A DNA stretch of 64,000 bases from an uncultured Solirubrobacterales bacterium (lineage in GTDB: Bacteria > Actinomycetota > Thermoleophilia > Solirubrobacterales > 70-9), in the NCBI GenBank assembly GCA_963740055.1, contig CAVUCL010000002.1, forward strand, positions 24,849 to 88,848. The letters are read 5' to 3'. A model generated the notes under the pieces. That model was not told the DNA's origin and ran no database searches. It was given only the letters and a program-made list of their open reading frames with translations. Below are positions 27,575 through 39,476 of this stretch, one piece after another (the first letter of the stretch is position 1; each line of letters opens with the position of its first letter). The position numbers and the translations under genes are program-made.

Positions 27575-28779
27575 TGGAGGCGCGCGCCGACAGCGTCGAG
27601 CGCGGAGGGCGGCTCGACTCCGTGCCGGGCTGGGCGCTCGCCGCCGGCGCGGCGGTCGTGATCGCCGTCGTCCTGGTCGTGCTCGCGCTCGCCGGCGGCG
27701 ACACGCTGCCCGATCGCGTCGGCCCGCCGGTCGAGGAGCTCGCGGTCGAGCGCACCGAGCTGGCGCCCGATCGGATCGAGCTCACCCTGCGCAACACCGG
27801 GCCGGACGCGGTCACCGTGGCCCAGGCGTTCGTCAACGACGCCTTCGTCGACTTCGAGGGCGCGACCGAGCCGCTCGGCCGGCTCGGCTCCGAGCGCGTG
27901 ACGCTGAGCTATCCGTGGCAGGAGGGTCAGCCCTATCTGATCTCGCTCGTGACCTCCACCGGGGTCGTGATCGAGCACGAGATCGCCGCCGCGGTCGAGA
28001 CCCCGAGCGCCGACGGCGACCTGTTCGCACTCATGGCCCTGCTCGGGATCTACGTCGGGATCATCCCGGTGATCCTCGGGATGACGCTGCTGCCGGCGAT
28101 GCGCCGCTTCGGCCCGAGCTGGGTCCGGGTCGTGCTCGCGCTCACCGTCGGCCTGCTCGCCTTCCTCGCGGTCGACGCGACCCTGGAGGCGCTCGAGCTC
28201 GCCGGCGAGTCGGGTGGCGCCTTCGGCGGCGCCGAGCTCGTCGTCCTCGGCGGCCTGCTCGCCTTCCTCGCCCTGACCGGGCTCGACGGCTACCTGCGCG
28301 AGCGCCGCAGCGCCGAGCGCGAGGGCCGTAGCGGCACGCGGCTGGCGCTCCTGATCGCGATCGGGATCGGCCTCCACAACCTCGGCGAGGGGCTCGCGAT
28401 CGGCACCGCCTACGCGATCGGCGAGCTCGCCCTCGGCGCCTTCCTCGTCGTCGGCTTCGCGATCCACAACACCACCGAGGGGTTCGCGATCGTCGCTCCG
28501 ATGACCCGCGAGCGGCCCGGGATCGGGCGCCTCGTCGGCCTCGGCGCGATCGCGGGCGCGCCGGCGATCGCCGGCGCGTTGATCGGGGCGACGGTCACCA
28601 GCCCCGAGCTCTCCGCCCTGCTGCTCGGCGTCGGCGTCGGCGCCGTCGTCCAGGTGATCGTCCAGCTCTGGCCCGCGATGCGCGACCGCAGCGGCCGGGT
28701 GCTCGACGCCGCCACCTCGATCGCGATCGGCGCCGGGCTGCTGGGCTTCTATCTGACCGGCCTCCTGGTCACGGTGTAG
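27574..28779 (+). CDS. ZIP-family divalent metal transporter with extra N-terminal domain
   Basis: ATG overlaps the oxidase stop (TGATG). The C-terminal part (GIGLHNLGEGLAIG...FAIHNTTEGFAIVAP) is the ZupT/ZIP signature. The first ~140 aa are one TM helix plus a soluble domain. Confidence 0.8.
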   Translation: MEARADSVERGGRLDSVPGWALAAGAAVVIAVVLVVLALAGGDTLPDRVGPPVEELAVERTELAPDRIELTLRNTGPDAVTVAQAFVNDAFVDFEGATEPLGRLGSERVTLSYPWQEGQPYLISLVTSTGVVIEHEIAAAVETPSADGDLFALMALLGIYVGIIPVILGMTLLPAMRRFGPSWVRVVLALTVGLLAFLAVDATLEALELAGESGGAFGGAELVVLGGLLAFLALTGLDGYLRERRSAEREGRSGTRLALLIAIGIGLHNLGEGLAIGTAYAIGELALGAFLVVGFAIHNTTEGFAIVAPMTRERPGIGRLVGLGAIAGAPAIAGALIGATVTSPELSALLLGVGVGAVVQVIVQLWPAMRDRSGRVLDAATSIAIGAGLLGFYLTGLLVTV

Positions 28780-28788
28780 TCGATCGCG

Positions 28789-29484
28789 ATGGCCGCGAGC
28801 TCGCACACGCGCCCCGAACGCCCCGCCGCGAACACCGAGGCGGTCGAGGACTACGCGAAGGCGATCTACGCGCTCGCGCGCCGCGGTGAGGGGCCGGTCG
28901 GCAACTCGGCGCTCGCCGAGCGGCTCGGCGTCTCGCCGGGGACCGTGACCGCGATGTTGAAGCGGATGGCGGAGCTCGGGCTCGTCGTCCACGAGCCATA
29001 TCACGGCGTCGCGTTGACCGAGAGCGGCGAGCGGGTGGCGCTCGAGGTGATCCGCCACCACCGCCTGATCGAGGCCTATCTCGCCGACGCGCTCGGGATG
29101 CCCTGGGACAAGGTCCACGACGAGGCCGAGGTGCTCGAGCACTACATCTCCGAGGACCTCGAGGAGCGGATCGCGGCAGCGCTCGGCGACCCGAGCCACG
29201 ACCCGCACGGCGACCCGATCCCGGATCGCAAGCTCGCACTCGCCGGCGACGAGGGTGGGGTCTCGCTCGAGACGATGGCGCCGGGGCAGCGGGGAACCTT
29301 CAGCCGCGTCTCGGACGCCGATCCCGAGATGCTGCGCTATCTCGACCGGCGCGGGATCCGCCCCGGCGCGGAGGTCGCCGTCCGCGACCGCGAGCCGTTC
29401 GGCGGCGCGATGATGGTCGTCGTCGACGGCGAGGCACATGCGATCGGCGTCGAGCTCGCCCGGCGGATGATCGTTTCGACCTAG
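28789..29484 (+). CDS. DtxR/IdeR/MntR-family metal-dependent transcriptional regulator
   Basis: VEDYAKAIYAL...LAERLGVSPGTVTAMLKRMAELGLV...IRHHRLIEAYL...DPHGDPIP, plus a C-terminal SH3/FeoA-like domain. Confidence 0.9.
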   Translation: MAASSHTRPERPAANTEAVEDYAKAIYALARRGEGPVGNSALAERLGVSPGTVTAMLKRMAELGLVVHEPYHGVALTESGERVALEVIRHHRLIEAYLADALGMPWDKVHDEAEVLEHYISEDLEERIAAALGDPSHDPHGDPIPDRKLALAGDEGGVSLETMAPGQRGTFSRVSDADPEMLRYLDRRGIRPGAEVAVRDREPFGGAMMVVVDGEAHAIGVELARRMIVST

Positions 29485-29506
29485 CGCCGCGAGGTACGCT
29501 GCCCAG

Positions 29507-29869
29507 GTGGCGCTCGCCGACGACTTCCAGCAGGTGCTCGACTCGCTGCCCGGCGACTGGACCGACATCGTCTGCGACCTGCGGCTCGCCGACGAGGATC
29601 GCTACGTCGACGCCGCGGTGCTGATGACCCAGGTCAACGCCCAGCCGTACTCGAAGGCCGAGTGGCACTTCCGGATCAACGTCGCCCACAGCTTCGGCAA
29701 CGCGGCCGCCGCGGAGACCGTCAAGGGCACGCTGGCGCTGCTCGACGAGCAGGGGATCGCCGGCGAGCTGATCGTCCGCGACGTGCACCAGGGCCGGGCC
29801 GAGGTGGTGCAGATGTGGGGCCGCCCCGACTCCGTGCGGCGCGAGTTTCGCGCCCGCCGCTCGCTGTAG
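29507..29869 (+). CDS. hypothetical protein
   Basis: 120 aa ORF with coding-like composition and a GTG start. No family recognised. Confidence 0.4.
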   Translation: MALADDFQQVLDSLPGDWTDIVCDLRLADEDRYVDAAVLMTQVNAQPYSKAEWHFRINVAHSFGNAAAAETVKGTLALLDEQGIAGELIVRDVHQGRAEVVQMWGRPDSVRREFRARRSL

Positions 29870-29876
29870 CGGGCGC

Positions 29877-31904
29877 TCAGGCGACCGCGTGGACGGCGGG
29901 CTCGAGTCCGGGGATCACCGCTGAGAACTGGTTCGCGACGACGCGGGCACGATTGATCTCCGAGCGGGTCCAGGCGCGCTCCTCGGAGCGATAGGCCTCG
30001 ATCATGCCGAGGCTCTCGCCGCGGCAGACGACCGGGACCATGAGCAGCGAGCGCTCGCCGAGCTCGAGCAGCAGCTCGACCTCGCGCGGGTCGCTGTCGG
30101 GGTCGCCGACCACCACCTGGACCGCCTTCTGCTCGCTCAGCACCCGCTCCGAGAGCGGGTAGTCGCTGATCGCGAACCGGGTCTCGTCCTCGAGGGTCTC
30201 ACCGGTCTCGGCCAGGGTCTCGAGGATCTTCACGTCGCCGCGCCACGCCGAGAGGCAGACCTTCGAGGCGTCGAGCTCGGCCGCGATCAGGGCAAGGGCG
30301 GTCTCCAGGTCGCGGGTCGAGCGCGCGCCGGCAAGCCGGGCGCTGACGTGGACCAGGCGCCGGTCGCTCGAGCCGTGCGGGTGGCGCTCGGTCGGCATCG
30401 AGCGGAAGGTCTCGGCGAGCGCCGAGCGGCAGAGCTCGGCGGCGTCGGTCGGCACCCTGGCCCACGGTTCGGCGGGGCGCCCGAGCGCGTATCCCTGGCC
30501 CCACTGCACGTCGAGGTCGGCGATCACCGCGAGCTCGTCGAGGGTCTCGATGCCCTCGGCGCAGACGGTCGCGCCGACGTCGCGGGCGAAGCGCACGAAC
30601 GACTCGACCAGGGCCATCCGCGCCGGGTCGGTGTGGATGTCGCGGATCAGCGCCCGGTCGAGCTTGACGATGTCCGGGCGCACCCTCATCAGCTGCTTCA
30701 GCCCCGCGTGCCCTGCCCCGGCGTCGTCGATCGCGATCTGCGCGCCGCGCGCGCGCAGGTCGGCGAGCGTCGGTGCCAGCGACTCGTCGTCGGGGACGAA
30801 CTCGTGCTCGGTGATCTCGATCACCAGCCCGGTGAGGTCGCCGCGCAGGCTGCGCTGGACGGCAGGCGAGGAGAGCGCCGAGGGGCTGACGTTGATCGCG
30901 AGGTGGATCTCGTACGGGCGCGAGGGCGGCTCGAGCGCGGCGGTGATCGCCGCCGCCTCGAGCTCGGGCCCGAGGCCGCAGCCGTGGGCCTGGGCGAACC
31001 AGACGTCGGGCGAGCGCTGGCTCGAGCTCTCAAAGCGGGCCAGGGCCTCGTAGCCGACGAGGCGACCGTTGGCGAGGCTGACGATCGGCTGGAACACGGA
31101 GACGACCGGGCGGTCGGAGGCGAGCAGCTCCTCGACCTCGGCCCGCTGGCGCGAGGTCCAGGTGGCGGGCGAGTGCCCGGGGTCGAAGCGGCGGGTGCGA
31201 TGCTTGCCGCCGCGCTTGGCCCAGTAAAGCGCGCTGTCGGCGAGCTGGGTCAGGCCCGCCGCATCCTCGGCGTCGGCCGGGAACGCCGCGATCCCCGCCG
31301 AGCAGGCGATCTCGACCCGCTCGTCCGAGAGCGCCGCGATCGCGCCCCGAGCTCGCTCGGCGACGGCGAACGCGTCGGCGGCGTCGGCCGCGGGCAGGAT
31401 CAGGCCAAACTCCTCGCCGCCGATCCGCGCTGCGGTGTCGTCGAGGCGCACGGAGCCGGTGAGGACGCTGCCGACCGAGCGCAGGATCTTGTCGCCGAAC
31501 GGGTGCCCGAGCTCGTCGTTGACGGCCTTGAAGTCGTCGAGGTCGAGGATCACGAGCGCCAGCGGGCGACCCACCGCCCGGGCGCGTTCGACCTCGGCCT
31601 CGAGCGTCTCGTGGAAGGAGCGGTAGTTGACCAGCCCGGTGAGCGCGTCGGTGGATGCGAGCCGCCGCAGGCCCGTGTGCTCGCGCCGCAGGAGGAAGAG
31701 GAGGACGATCGTGACCGCGAACCCGACGATGCGGATCGCGTTCAGCGATGCGTCGCCGAGGCCGGAGGCGCCCGCGACCACCGCGGCGAGCCAGAGCCCG
31801 GCGCAGATCGTCGCGGCCGGCATCAGCACGCGTGAACGCGAGGGAACCGCCTCGAAGGTGTTTCGAAATCTGTCTCTGGGCATGGGCCCGATGCCGACCT
31901 CCAC
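29877..31904 (-). CDS. membrane-anchored GGDEF-EAL-GAF signalling protein (c-di-GMP turnover)
   Basis: N-terminal TM helices, GGDEF domain with RIGGEEFG, EAL domain (GYEALARF...DDAGAGHAGL...KLD), and a C-terminal GAF-like ~150 aa. Confidence 0.9.
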   Translation of the reverse strand: MEVGIGPMPRDRFRNTFEAVPSRSRVLMPAATICAGLWLAAVVAGASGLGDASLNAIRIVGFAVTIVLLFLLRREHTGLRRLASTDALTGLVNYRSFHETLEAEVERARAVGRPLALVILDLDDFKAVNDELGHPFGDKILRSVGSVLTGSVRLDDTAARIGGEEFGLILPAADAADAFAVAERARGAIAALSDERVEIACSAGIAAFPADAEDAAGLTQLADSALYWAKRGGKHRTRRFDPGHSPATWTSRQRAEVEELLASDRPVVSVFQPIVSLANGRLVGYEALARFESSSQRSPDVWFAQAHGCGLGPELEAAAITAALEPPSRPYEIHLAINVSPSALSSPAVQRSLRGDLTGLVIEITEHEFVPDDESLAPTLADLRARGAQIAIDDAGAGHAGLKQLMRVRPDIVKLDRALIRDIHTDPARMALVESFVRFARDVGATVCAEGIETLDELAVIADLDVQWGQGYALGRPAEPWARVPTDAAELCRSALAETFRSMPTERHPHGSSDRRLVHVSARLAGARSTRDLETALALIAAELDASKVCLSAWRGDVKILETLAETGETLEDETRFAISDYPLSERVLSEQKAVQVVVGDPDSDPREVELLLELGERSLLMVPVVCRGESLGMIEAYRSEERAWTRSEINRARVVANQFSAVIPGLEPAVHAVA

Positions 31905-31954
31905 CCGGTCTCATCGGCGCTGCAGGCCGCGATCTTGAGCGCTGCAGCGCGCGG

Positions 31955-32933
31955 TCAGCGAGGTTCGAGCTCGAGCTCGAACGCCTCCGCGACCCGGGGC
32001 GCAGCGGCGACGATCCCGTGCTCGGCGTCCCACCGCGCCCAGGCGGCGAGCGTCCGGCGGTCGAGCTCGACCCCGCGGCCGAGCGCGCGGGCCTCGAGCA
32101 GGGCGTCGAGCTGCGCCCGCTGCTCGCGCTCGGACAGAGCCGGGACGGCGGCGAGCAGCTCGTCGAGAGCGCCCTCGGGGTCGGTCGCCAGGCGGGCGTA
32201 GCCGTCCCGGGTCGCCGCCACCATCCCGGCGACCAGGGCCGGGTCCTCGGCGAGCGTCCGCTCGCCGGTGGTCAGCACGAGCTCCGGGTAGCGCGGGGGC
32301 GCCGAAGTCGTCGACGCGGAACTCACGCGTCGGCACCCCCAGGCGTCGCAGGGCGACCCCCTCGGCGTTCCAGAACGCGGTCGCCGCGTCGACCCGCCCG
32401 GCCGAGAGGGCCGCGATCGAGTCGAACCCGATCGTCACCCGCTCGAGCGCCGCCGGATCGCCGCCGCCGGCCTCGAGCACCGAGTCGAGCACCGCGTCGT
32501 CGGAGGGCAGGCCGGTGACGCCGGCGGTGCCGCCGGCGAGGTCCGCCGGTTCGCGGACCCGATCGCGGTCGGCGGCGATCACCGCGGCGAGCGGGCGCTG
32601 GACCAGGGCCGCGACGCCGACCACGTCGAGCCCGCGCTCGCGGGCGATCGCGAGGTCGTGGATGTCGAGGACCGCGAACTGCGCCCGGCCCGTGGCGAGC
32701 AGCTTCGGGGCGTCGGTCGCCGCCGACGGCTCGCGGATCTCGAGCTCGATCCCGCGCTCCGAGTAGGCACCCTCGGCGAGTCCCGCGTAGAGCCCGGCGT
32801 GGACCGCGTTCGGGGTGAAGTCGAGGATCAGGGTCGCCTCCTTCGAGGCGCCCGGTTCAGCACCGTCGCCGGCGCACGAGCCGACGGCCAGGGCGCAGAC
32901 GACGGTCGCCAGCGGCGCGACGACCCGTCTCAT
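31955..32933 (-). pseudogene. NMT1/THI5-like ABC substrate-binding lipoprotein, interrupted by one frameshift
   Basis: Lipobox LAVGSCAG. The N-terminal 210 aa are in ORF 31911..32933 and continue (RYPELVLTTGERTL...) in ORF 31955..32326. The frames join at the G5 run at 32295-32299. Confidence 0.7.
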
Positions 32934-32975
32934 CGCGGGGCGAGGTTAGCGTCGCGACAGCGATAGCCTTGCCCG

Positions 32976-33512
32976 ATGCTCGAGCCCGGGATGACCGATG
33001 AGCACCCGATCACCCACGAGCTGCTCGCGTTCGTCGAGATCCCGAAGGGCTCGCGCAACAAGTACGAGTTCGACGAGGGGATCGGCAGGCTGGTGCTCGA
33101 CCGCTTCCTCTCCTCGTCGATGGTCTATCCGACCGACTACGGGTTCCTGATGGGCCACCGCGGGCGCGACGGCGATCCGCTCGACGCGATGGTCTGCGTC
33201 TCCGAGCCCACCTTCCCCGGCTGCGTGATCCCGGTGAAGCCGATCGCGCTGTTCGTGATGCAGGACGAGAAGGGGGAGGACGACAAGGTCGTCTGCGTCC
33301 CGACCCAGGACCCGGGCTGGAACACGGCGAAGACGCTCAGCGACATCCCCGAGGCGATGCAGCGCGAGATCACCCACTTCTTCTCGGTCTACAAGCAGCT
33401 CGAGGGCAAGCAGGTGCAGGTCGACGGCTGGCGCTCGCGCGAGGAGGCGCTCGAGGTGATCGCCGACGGTCGGCGGCTGCAGATGGAGCACACCGCGCCC
33501 CGGCGCAGCTGA
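32976..33512 (+). CDS. ppa: inorganic pyrophosphatase (family I)
   Basis: VEIPKGSRNKYEFD...YPTDYGF...DGDPLDAMV...DEKGEDDKVV. Confidence 0.9.
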   Translation: MLEPGMTDEHPITHELLAFVEIPKGSRNKYEFDEGIGRLVLDRFLSSSMVYPTDYGFLMGHRGRDGDPLDAMVCVSEPTFPGCVIPVKPIALFVMQDEKGEDDKVVCVPTQDPGWNTAKTLSDIPEAMQREITHFFSVYKQLEGKQVQVDGWRSREEALEVIADGRRLQMEHTAPRRS

Positions 33513-33595
33513 ACGCCCGCGACCGCCGAGCGAGCGCGTTCGGCTCGCGCCCCGTATACACTGCCGCCCGCACCCGACCGAGGAGGATTTTCGAA

Positions 33596-34381
33596 GTGCA
33601 GGATCGCGGGCTCGCTGCCTACATCGCGGAGCTGATCGGGACACTGTTCCTGGTCCTGATCGTGGGGACCGTCGTCTCCCTGTACGTCTCGACGAGCCCG
33701 ACCTCGCAGATCGGATCCGACTTCGCGGTCGTCGGCCTCGCGCACGCATTCGGCCTCTTCCTGCTGATCATCGCCTTCGGCCAGGTCAGCGGCGGTCATT
33801 TCAACCCCGCGGTCACGACCGCGGCCTGGGCGATGCGCCGCATCGACCCGGTCGACGCGATCGTCTACATCCTCGCCCAGCTCTCCGGCGCCGTGCTCGG
33901 CGCGCTGCTGGTCAAGGGCCTGCTGCTCGACGAGGGCCGCGCCAGCGGCTACGGCAACGCCGAGGTCTCGAGCCTGCTCGGGGGCAACTTCGCCGGCGGC
34001 GTGGTCGAGGCGCTCGGCACCTTCCTGCTCGTGCTCGCCGTGCTCGCGGTGGCGATGAACCCGCGCGCGCGCCAGGAGTGGGCGCCGCTCGCGATCGGGA
34101 CCACGCTCGGATTCGGCGTGATGATCTTCGGTCCGCTGACCGGGGGCTCGTTCAACCCGGCGCGCTGGTTCGGCCCGGCGCTGATCTCCGACAACCTCGA
34201 TGGCAGCGACCTGCTCGTCTACGTGCTCGCGCCGGTGGTCGGCGCGATCGTCGCCTTCGCGGTCTACAGGTTCGTGATCGCGGGGCCGCAGTACGCGGAG
34301 GGCGCCGAGCCGCCGACCTCCGACGCCCGCGGCGTCGGCCAGGCGATCAAGGACGCGGAGGTCCGCTCCCGCAACAAGTAG
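33596..34381 (+). CDS. MIP/aquaporin family channel
   Basis: Two NPA boxes (GGHFNPAVT and GGSFNPARW) and six TM helices. GTG start with GAGGAGGA upstream. Confidence 0.9.
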   Translation: MQDRGLAAYIAELIGTLFLVLIVGTVVSLYVSTSPTSQIGSDFAVVGLAHAFGLFLLIIAFGQVSGGHFNPAVTTAAWAMRRIDPVDAIVYILAQLSGAVLGALLVKGLLLDEGRASGYGNAEVSSLLGGNFAGGVVEALGTFLLVLAVLAVAMNPRARQEWAPLAIGTTLGFGVMIFGPLTGGSFNPARWFGPALISDNLDGSDLLVYVLAPVVGAIVAFAVYRFVIAGPQYAEGAEPPTSDARGVGQAIKDAEVRSRNK

Positions 34382-34406
34382 GCGGGCGCGTCGCGCCCGC
34401 TAGCGT

Positions 34407-36615
<2,209 letters not shown>

Positions 36616-36623
36616 GGACACCG

Positions 36624-37601
36624 ATGCGCGCGATCGTGCTCGAGGCTCCCGGGAAGCTGGCCGAGCGCGACCTGCCCGAGCCCGAGCCGGGCCCCGGGGA
36701 GGTGGTGGTCGCGGTTCGCACCTGCGGCGTCTGTCGCACCGATCTGCACATCCACGACGGCGAGCTCGCCGAGCCGAGCCTGCCGCTGGTGCTCGGCCAC
36801 CAGATCGTCGGCGAGGTGATCGAGACAGGCGCGGGGTCGGAGCGGTTCGCGGCCGGCGACCCGGTCGGGATCGGCTGGCTGGCCTGGGCCTGCGGCGAAT
36901 GCCGCTACTGCCGCAGCGCGCGCGAGAACCTCTGTGAGCGCGCACTGTTCACCGGCTACACGCGTCCCGGCGGCTACGCCGAGCTCGTCCTCGCCGACGA
37001 GCGCTTCTGCCTCGCGTTGCCCGTCGGCTCGGACCCGGTCGTGACCGCGCCGCTGCTGTGCGCGGGCTCGATCGGCCACCGAGCCCTGCGCATGTGCGGC
37101 GACGCCCCGCGGCTCGGGCTCTACGGGTTCGGCTCCTCGGCTCACATCGTCTGCCAGCTCGCCGCGCGCGAGGGCCGGCGGGTGTTCGCGATCACCCGGC
37201 CCGGCGACACCGCGAAGCAGGAGTTCGCTCGCGAGCTCGGCGCCGAATGGGCCGGCGACGCCGAGGAGCTGCCCGAGCCGCTCGACGCGGCGATCATCTT
37301 CGCCCCGGTGGGCGAGCTGGTCCCGGTCGCGCTCGGCGCCCTGGCACCCGGCGGCACGGTCGTCTGCGCCGGAATCCACATGAGCGAGATCCCCGCCTTC
37401 GCCTACGACCTCCTCTGGGGCGAGCGTCAGATCCGCTCGGTGGCGAACCTGACCCGCCACGATGGCGAGCAGCTGATCGGCCTCGTCGGCGACGAGCCGG
37501 TCCGTGTGGAGACGGTCGGCTACCCCCTCGGAGCCGCCGAGGACGCGCTCGCCGACCTGCGCGGCGGTAGGGTTCGCGGTGGGGCTGTGCTCGAGATCTA
37601 G
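36624..37601 (+). CDS. zinc-dependent alcohol dehydrogenase family oxidoreductase
   Basis: Internal ATG of ORF 35046..37601: MRAIVLEAPGK...CGVCRTDLHIHDGE...GHQIVGEV...CGECRYCRSARENLC. Confidence 0.85.
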   Translation: MRAIVLEAPGKLAERDLPEPEPGPGEVVVAVRTCGVCRTDLHIHDGELAEPSLPLVLGHQIVGEVIETGAGSERFAAGDPVGIGWLAWACGECRYCRSARENLCERALFTGYTRPGGYAELVLADERFCLALPVGSDPVVTAPLLCAGSIGHRALRMCGDAPRLGLYGFGSSAHIVCQLAAREGRRVFAITRPGDTAKQEFARELGAEWAGDAEELPEPLDAAIIFAPVGELVPVALGALAPGGTVVCAGIHMSEIPAFAYDLLWGERQIRSVANLTRHDGEQLIGLVGDEPVRVETVGYPLGAAEDALADLRGGRVRGGAVLEI

Positions 37602-37616
37602 ATTGCCCGGGAGCTG

Positions 37617-38024
37617 ATGGCTGACGTCACGGTGAAGCGAATCGAGGACTTCGAGGCGATCTTCGGAGGGGGGTTTCGCCGCGTGCGCGCCGGGCTCGGC
37701 GTCTCGTCGTTCGGGCTTGCGGTCATGGACCTGCCGCCGGGGTTCTCGGACTACCCGGAGCACGATCAGGTCCACGACCACCAGGAGGAGGTCTACACGC
37801 TGCTCTCCGGACGGGCGACCCTGCGCGTCGGCGACGAGGAGCACGAGCTCGAGCCCGGCGTCTGGGTCCGAGTCGGCCCGGAGGAGCGGCGGAAGATCCT
37901 CACGGGCGACGAGCCCGCCCGGGTGATCGCGGTCGGCGGCTCGCCCGGTCGGGTCTACTCGCCGCCCGAGTTCACCGAGGAGGGCGGCTCGGTCCCCGCC
38001 GAGATCAAGCCCGGCAGCTTCTAG
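37617..38024 (+). CDS. cupin domain protein
   Basis: PEHDQVHDHQEEVYTLLSGRATLRVGDEEHELEPGVWVRV is a cupin motif pair. Confidence 0.7.
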   Translation: MADVTVKRIEDFEAIFGGGFRRVRAGLGVSSFGLAVMDLPPGFSDYPEHDQVHDHQEEVYTLLSGRATLRVGDEEHELEPGVWVRVGPEERRKILTGDEPARVIAVGGSPGRVYSPPEFTEEGGSVPAEIKPGSF

Positions 38025-38028
38025 ACGA

Positions 38029-38793
38029 TTAGCGGAACAGGTCCGAGCCGGGATCGCGCTGCAGCGCCCGCGCACCGGGACCGTCGTCGGCGGTCCGCCA
38101 CCGCGACGCCCCGCGCACGAGCACTGCCGGCTCGCGCGAGGCCTTGTCGCGAGCGAGGTCGGCGGCGGCGGCGAGCTGATCGGCGAGGGCGGTCACGGTC
38201 GCGGTCAGCTCGCGACCGTCGGTGTCGGCGCGCCCGCGCCAGTCGTCGACGACGCTGACCCCGGCGCAGCCGATCGCGACGTCCGCCTGGCCGAGACGCC
38301 ACGGGCGCCCGAAGCTGTCGCTGACGAGCACTCCGGGTCGCGCCCCGCAGGCGCGTTCGAGCTCGGTGCGGATCCGGCGGGCCGACGCGTCGGCGTCGGC
38401 CGGAAGCAGGAGCACGGCACCGTCGCGCCCGACATTCGAGGCGTCGATGCCGGCGTTCGCGCAGATCCAGCCGTCGTTGCGCTCGACGATCAACGCCGCC
38501 GCGGTGGCGCGGACGATCCGGCGCGACTCGGCGAGCACCAGCTCGACCAGGCGCGGATCGCGGTCGAGCTCGGCCGCGATCCCCTGCGCACGCGCTCCGG
38601 GCTCGACCTCGGCCAGGACCCGGAACCGGTCCTCGGCCTTCGAGACAGCCTTCTGCGAGACGCAGACGATGTCGCCGTCGCCGAGCTCGAGCGCCGCCGC
38701 GTGCGCCGCGGCGACGATCAGCGCGCCGAGATCGGCGCCCGGCTCGATCTCGGGCATCCCGGCGATCGCGACGATCTCGATCGAGGCGCTCAT
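38029..38793 (-). CDS. cofE: coenzyme F420-0:L-glutamate ligase, single-domain CofE type
   Basis: VCVSQKAVSKAE...ANAGIDASN...LLLPADADASARRIR...VSDSFGRPWRLGQ.DVAIG. There are 254 aa only, with no C-terminal nitroreductase-like domain. Confidence 0.85.
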   Translation of the reverse strand: MSASIEIVAIAGMPEIEPGADLGALIVAAAHAAALELGDGDIVCVSQKAVSKAEDRFRVLAEVEPGARAQGIAAELDRDPRLVELVLAESRRIVRATAAALIVERNDGWICANAGIDASNVGRDGAVLLLPADADASARRIRTELERACGARPGVLVSDSFGRPWRLGQADVAIGCAGVSVVDDWRGRADTDGRELTATVTALADQLAAAADLARDKASREPAVLVRGASRWRTADDGPGARALQRDPGSDLFR

Positions 38794-39473
38794 CGTGCGG
38801 CGCGGGTCGGCCCGAGAGCCTCGAGCGCGGCGGCGGTCTTCGGGGCGCGCTGCGGCGCCTCGGCGAGCACCTGCGCCAGCGCCTCGAGGTCGGCGGGGGT
38901 GTCGAGGTCGAGCGCCAGCGATGGCAGCTGCTCGATCGCGAGCTCGTGCCCGGCGCGCTCGGCGCGCTCGCCGTGGCGCGTCCGGCTGCCGGCGCCGAAG
39001 GCGGGCCCGATCGCGTCGGCGGGCGCGAGCAGGAGCGCGTTCGTGCCGCTGCCGTGGCGGTCGGGGACGACCGCGACGCGACCGGCGTGCATGCGCTCGA
39101 GCGCCGCGTCGAGCTCCGACGGGTCAAGCAGGGGACAGTCGCCAGGCAGCAGCGCCGTGCAGCGCGCGCCGTGCGCGAGCGCGCGGATGATCCCGAGCGT
39201 CGCCGCCTCCGAGTGGCCGCGATCGTCGGGATCGCGCATCACCTCGATCGGGGTCCGCGAGCGCCGGGCGCGCTCGAGCGCGAGCCGCTCCGCCCGCCCC
39301 TCTCCGGTGACCACGATCACCCGCTCGATCCGCTCGCTTTCGACGATCGCGGCGAGCACGTCGGCGAGCATCGCCTTCACCAGCGCCGCCCGCTGAGGTC
39401 GATCGAGAGCCTCGAGCAGGCGCTGCTTCGCGCCGCCGAAGCGCTTCACCGGGATGATCGCGGTCGCGCGCAC
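38790..39473 (-). CDS. cofC: 2-phospho-L-lactate (or PEP) guanylyltransferase CofC/FbiD
   Basis: AIIPVKRFGGAKQRL...DVLAAI...LPGDCPLL...VVPDRHGSGTNALL. 4-nt overlap with cofE. Confidence 0.85.
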   Translation of the reverse strand: MRATAIIPVKRFGGAKQRLLEALDRPQRAALVKAMLADVLAAIVESERIERVIVVTGEGRAERLALERARRSRTPIEVMRDPDDRGHSEAATLGIIRALAHGARCTALLPGDCPLLDPSELDAALERMHAGRVAVVPDRHGSGTNALLLAPADAIGPAFGAGSRTRHGERAERAGHELAIEQLPSLALDLDTPADLEALAQVLAEAPQRAPKTAAALEALGPTRAAR

Positions 39474-39476
39474 GGA

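Noticed and set aside
33513-33595. Possible terminator or regulatory hairpin between ppa and the aquaporin gene
   Set aside because: GCCGAGCGAGCGCGTTCGGCTCGC can pair only imperfectly and has no T tract. It is not distinguishable from chance GC-rich self-complementarity.
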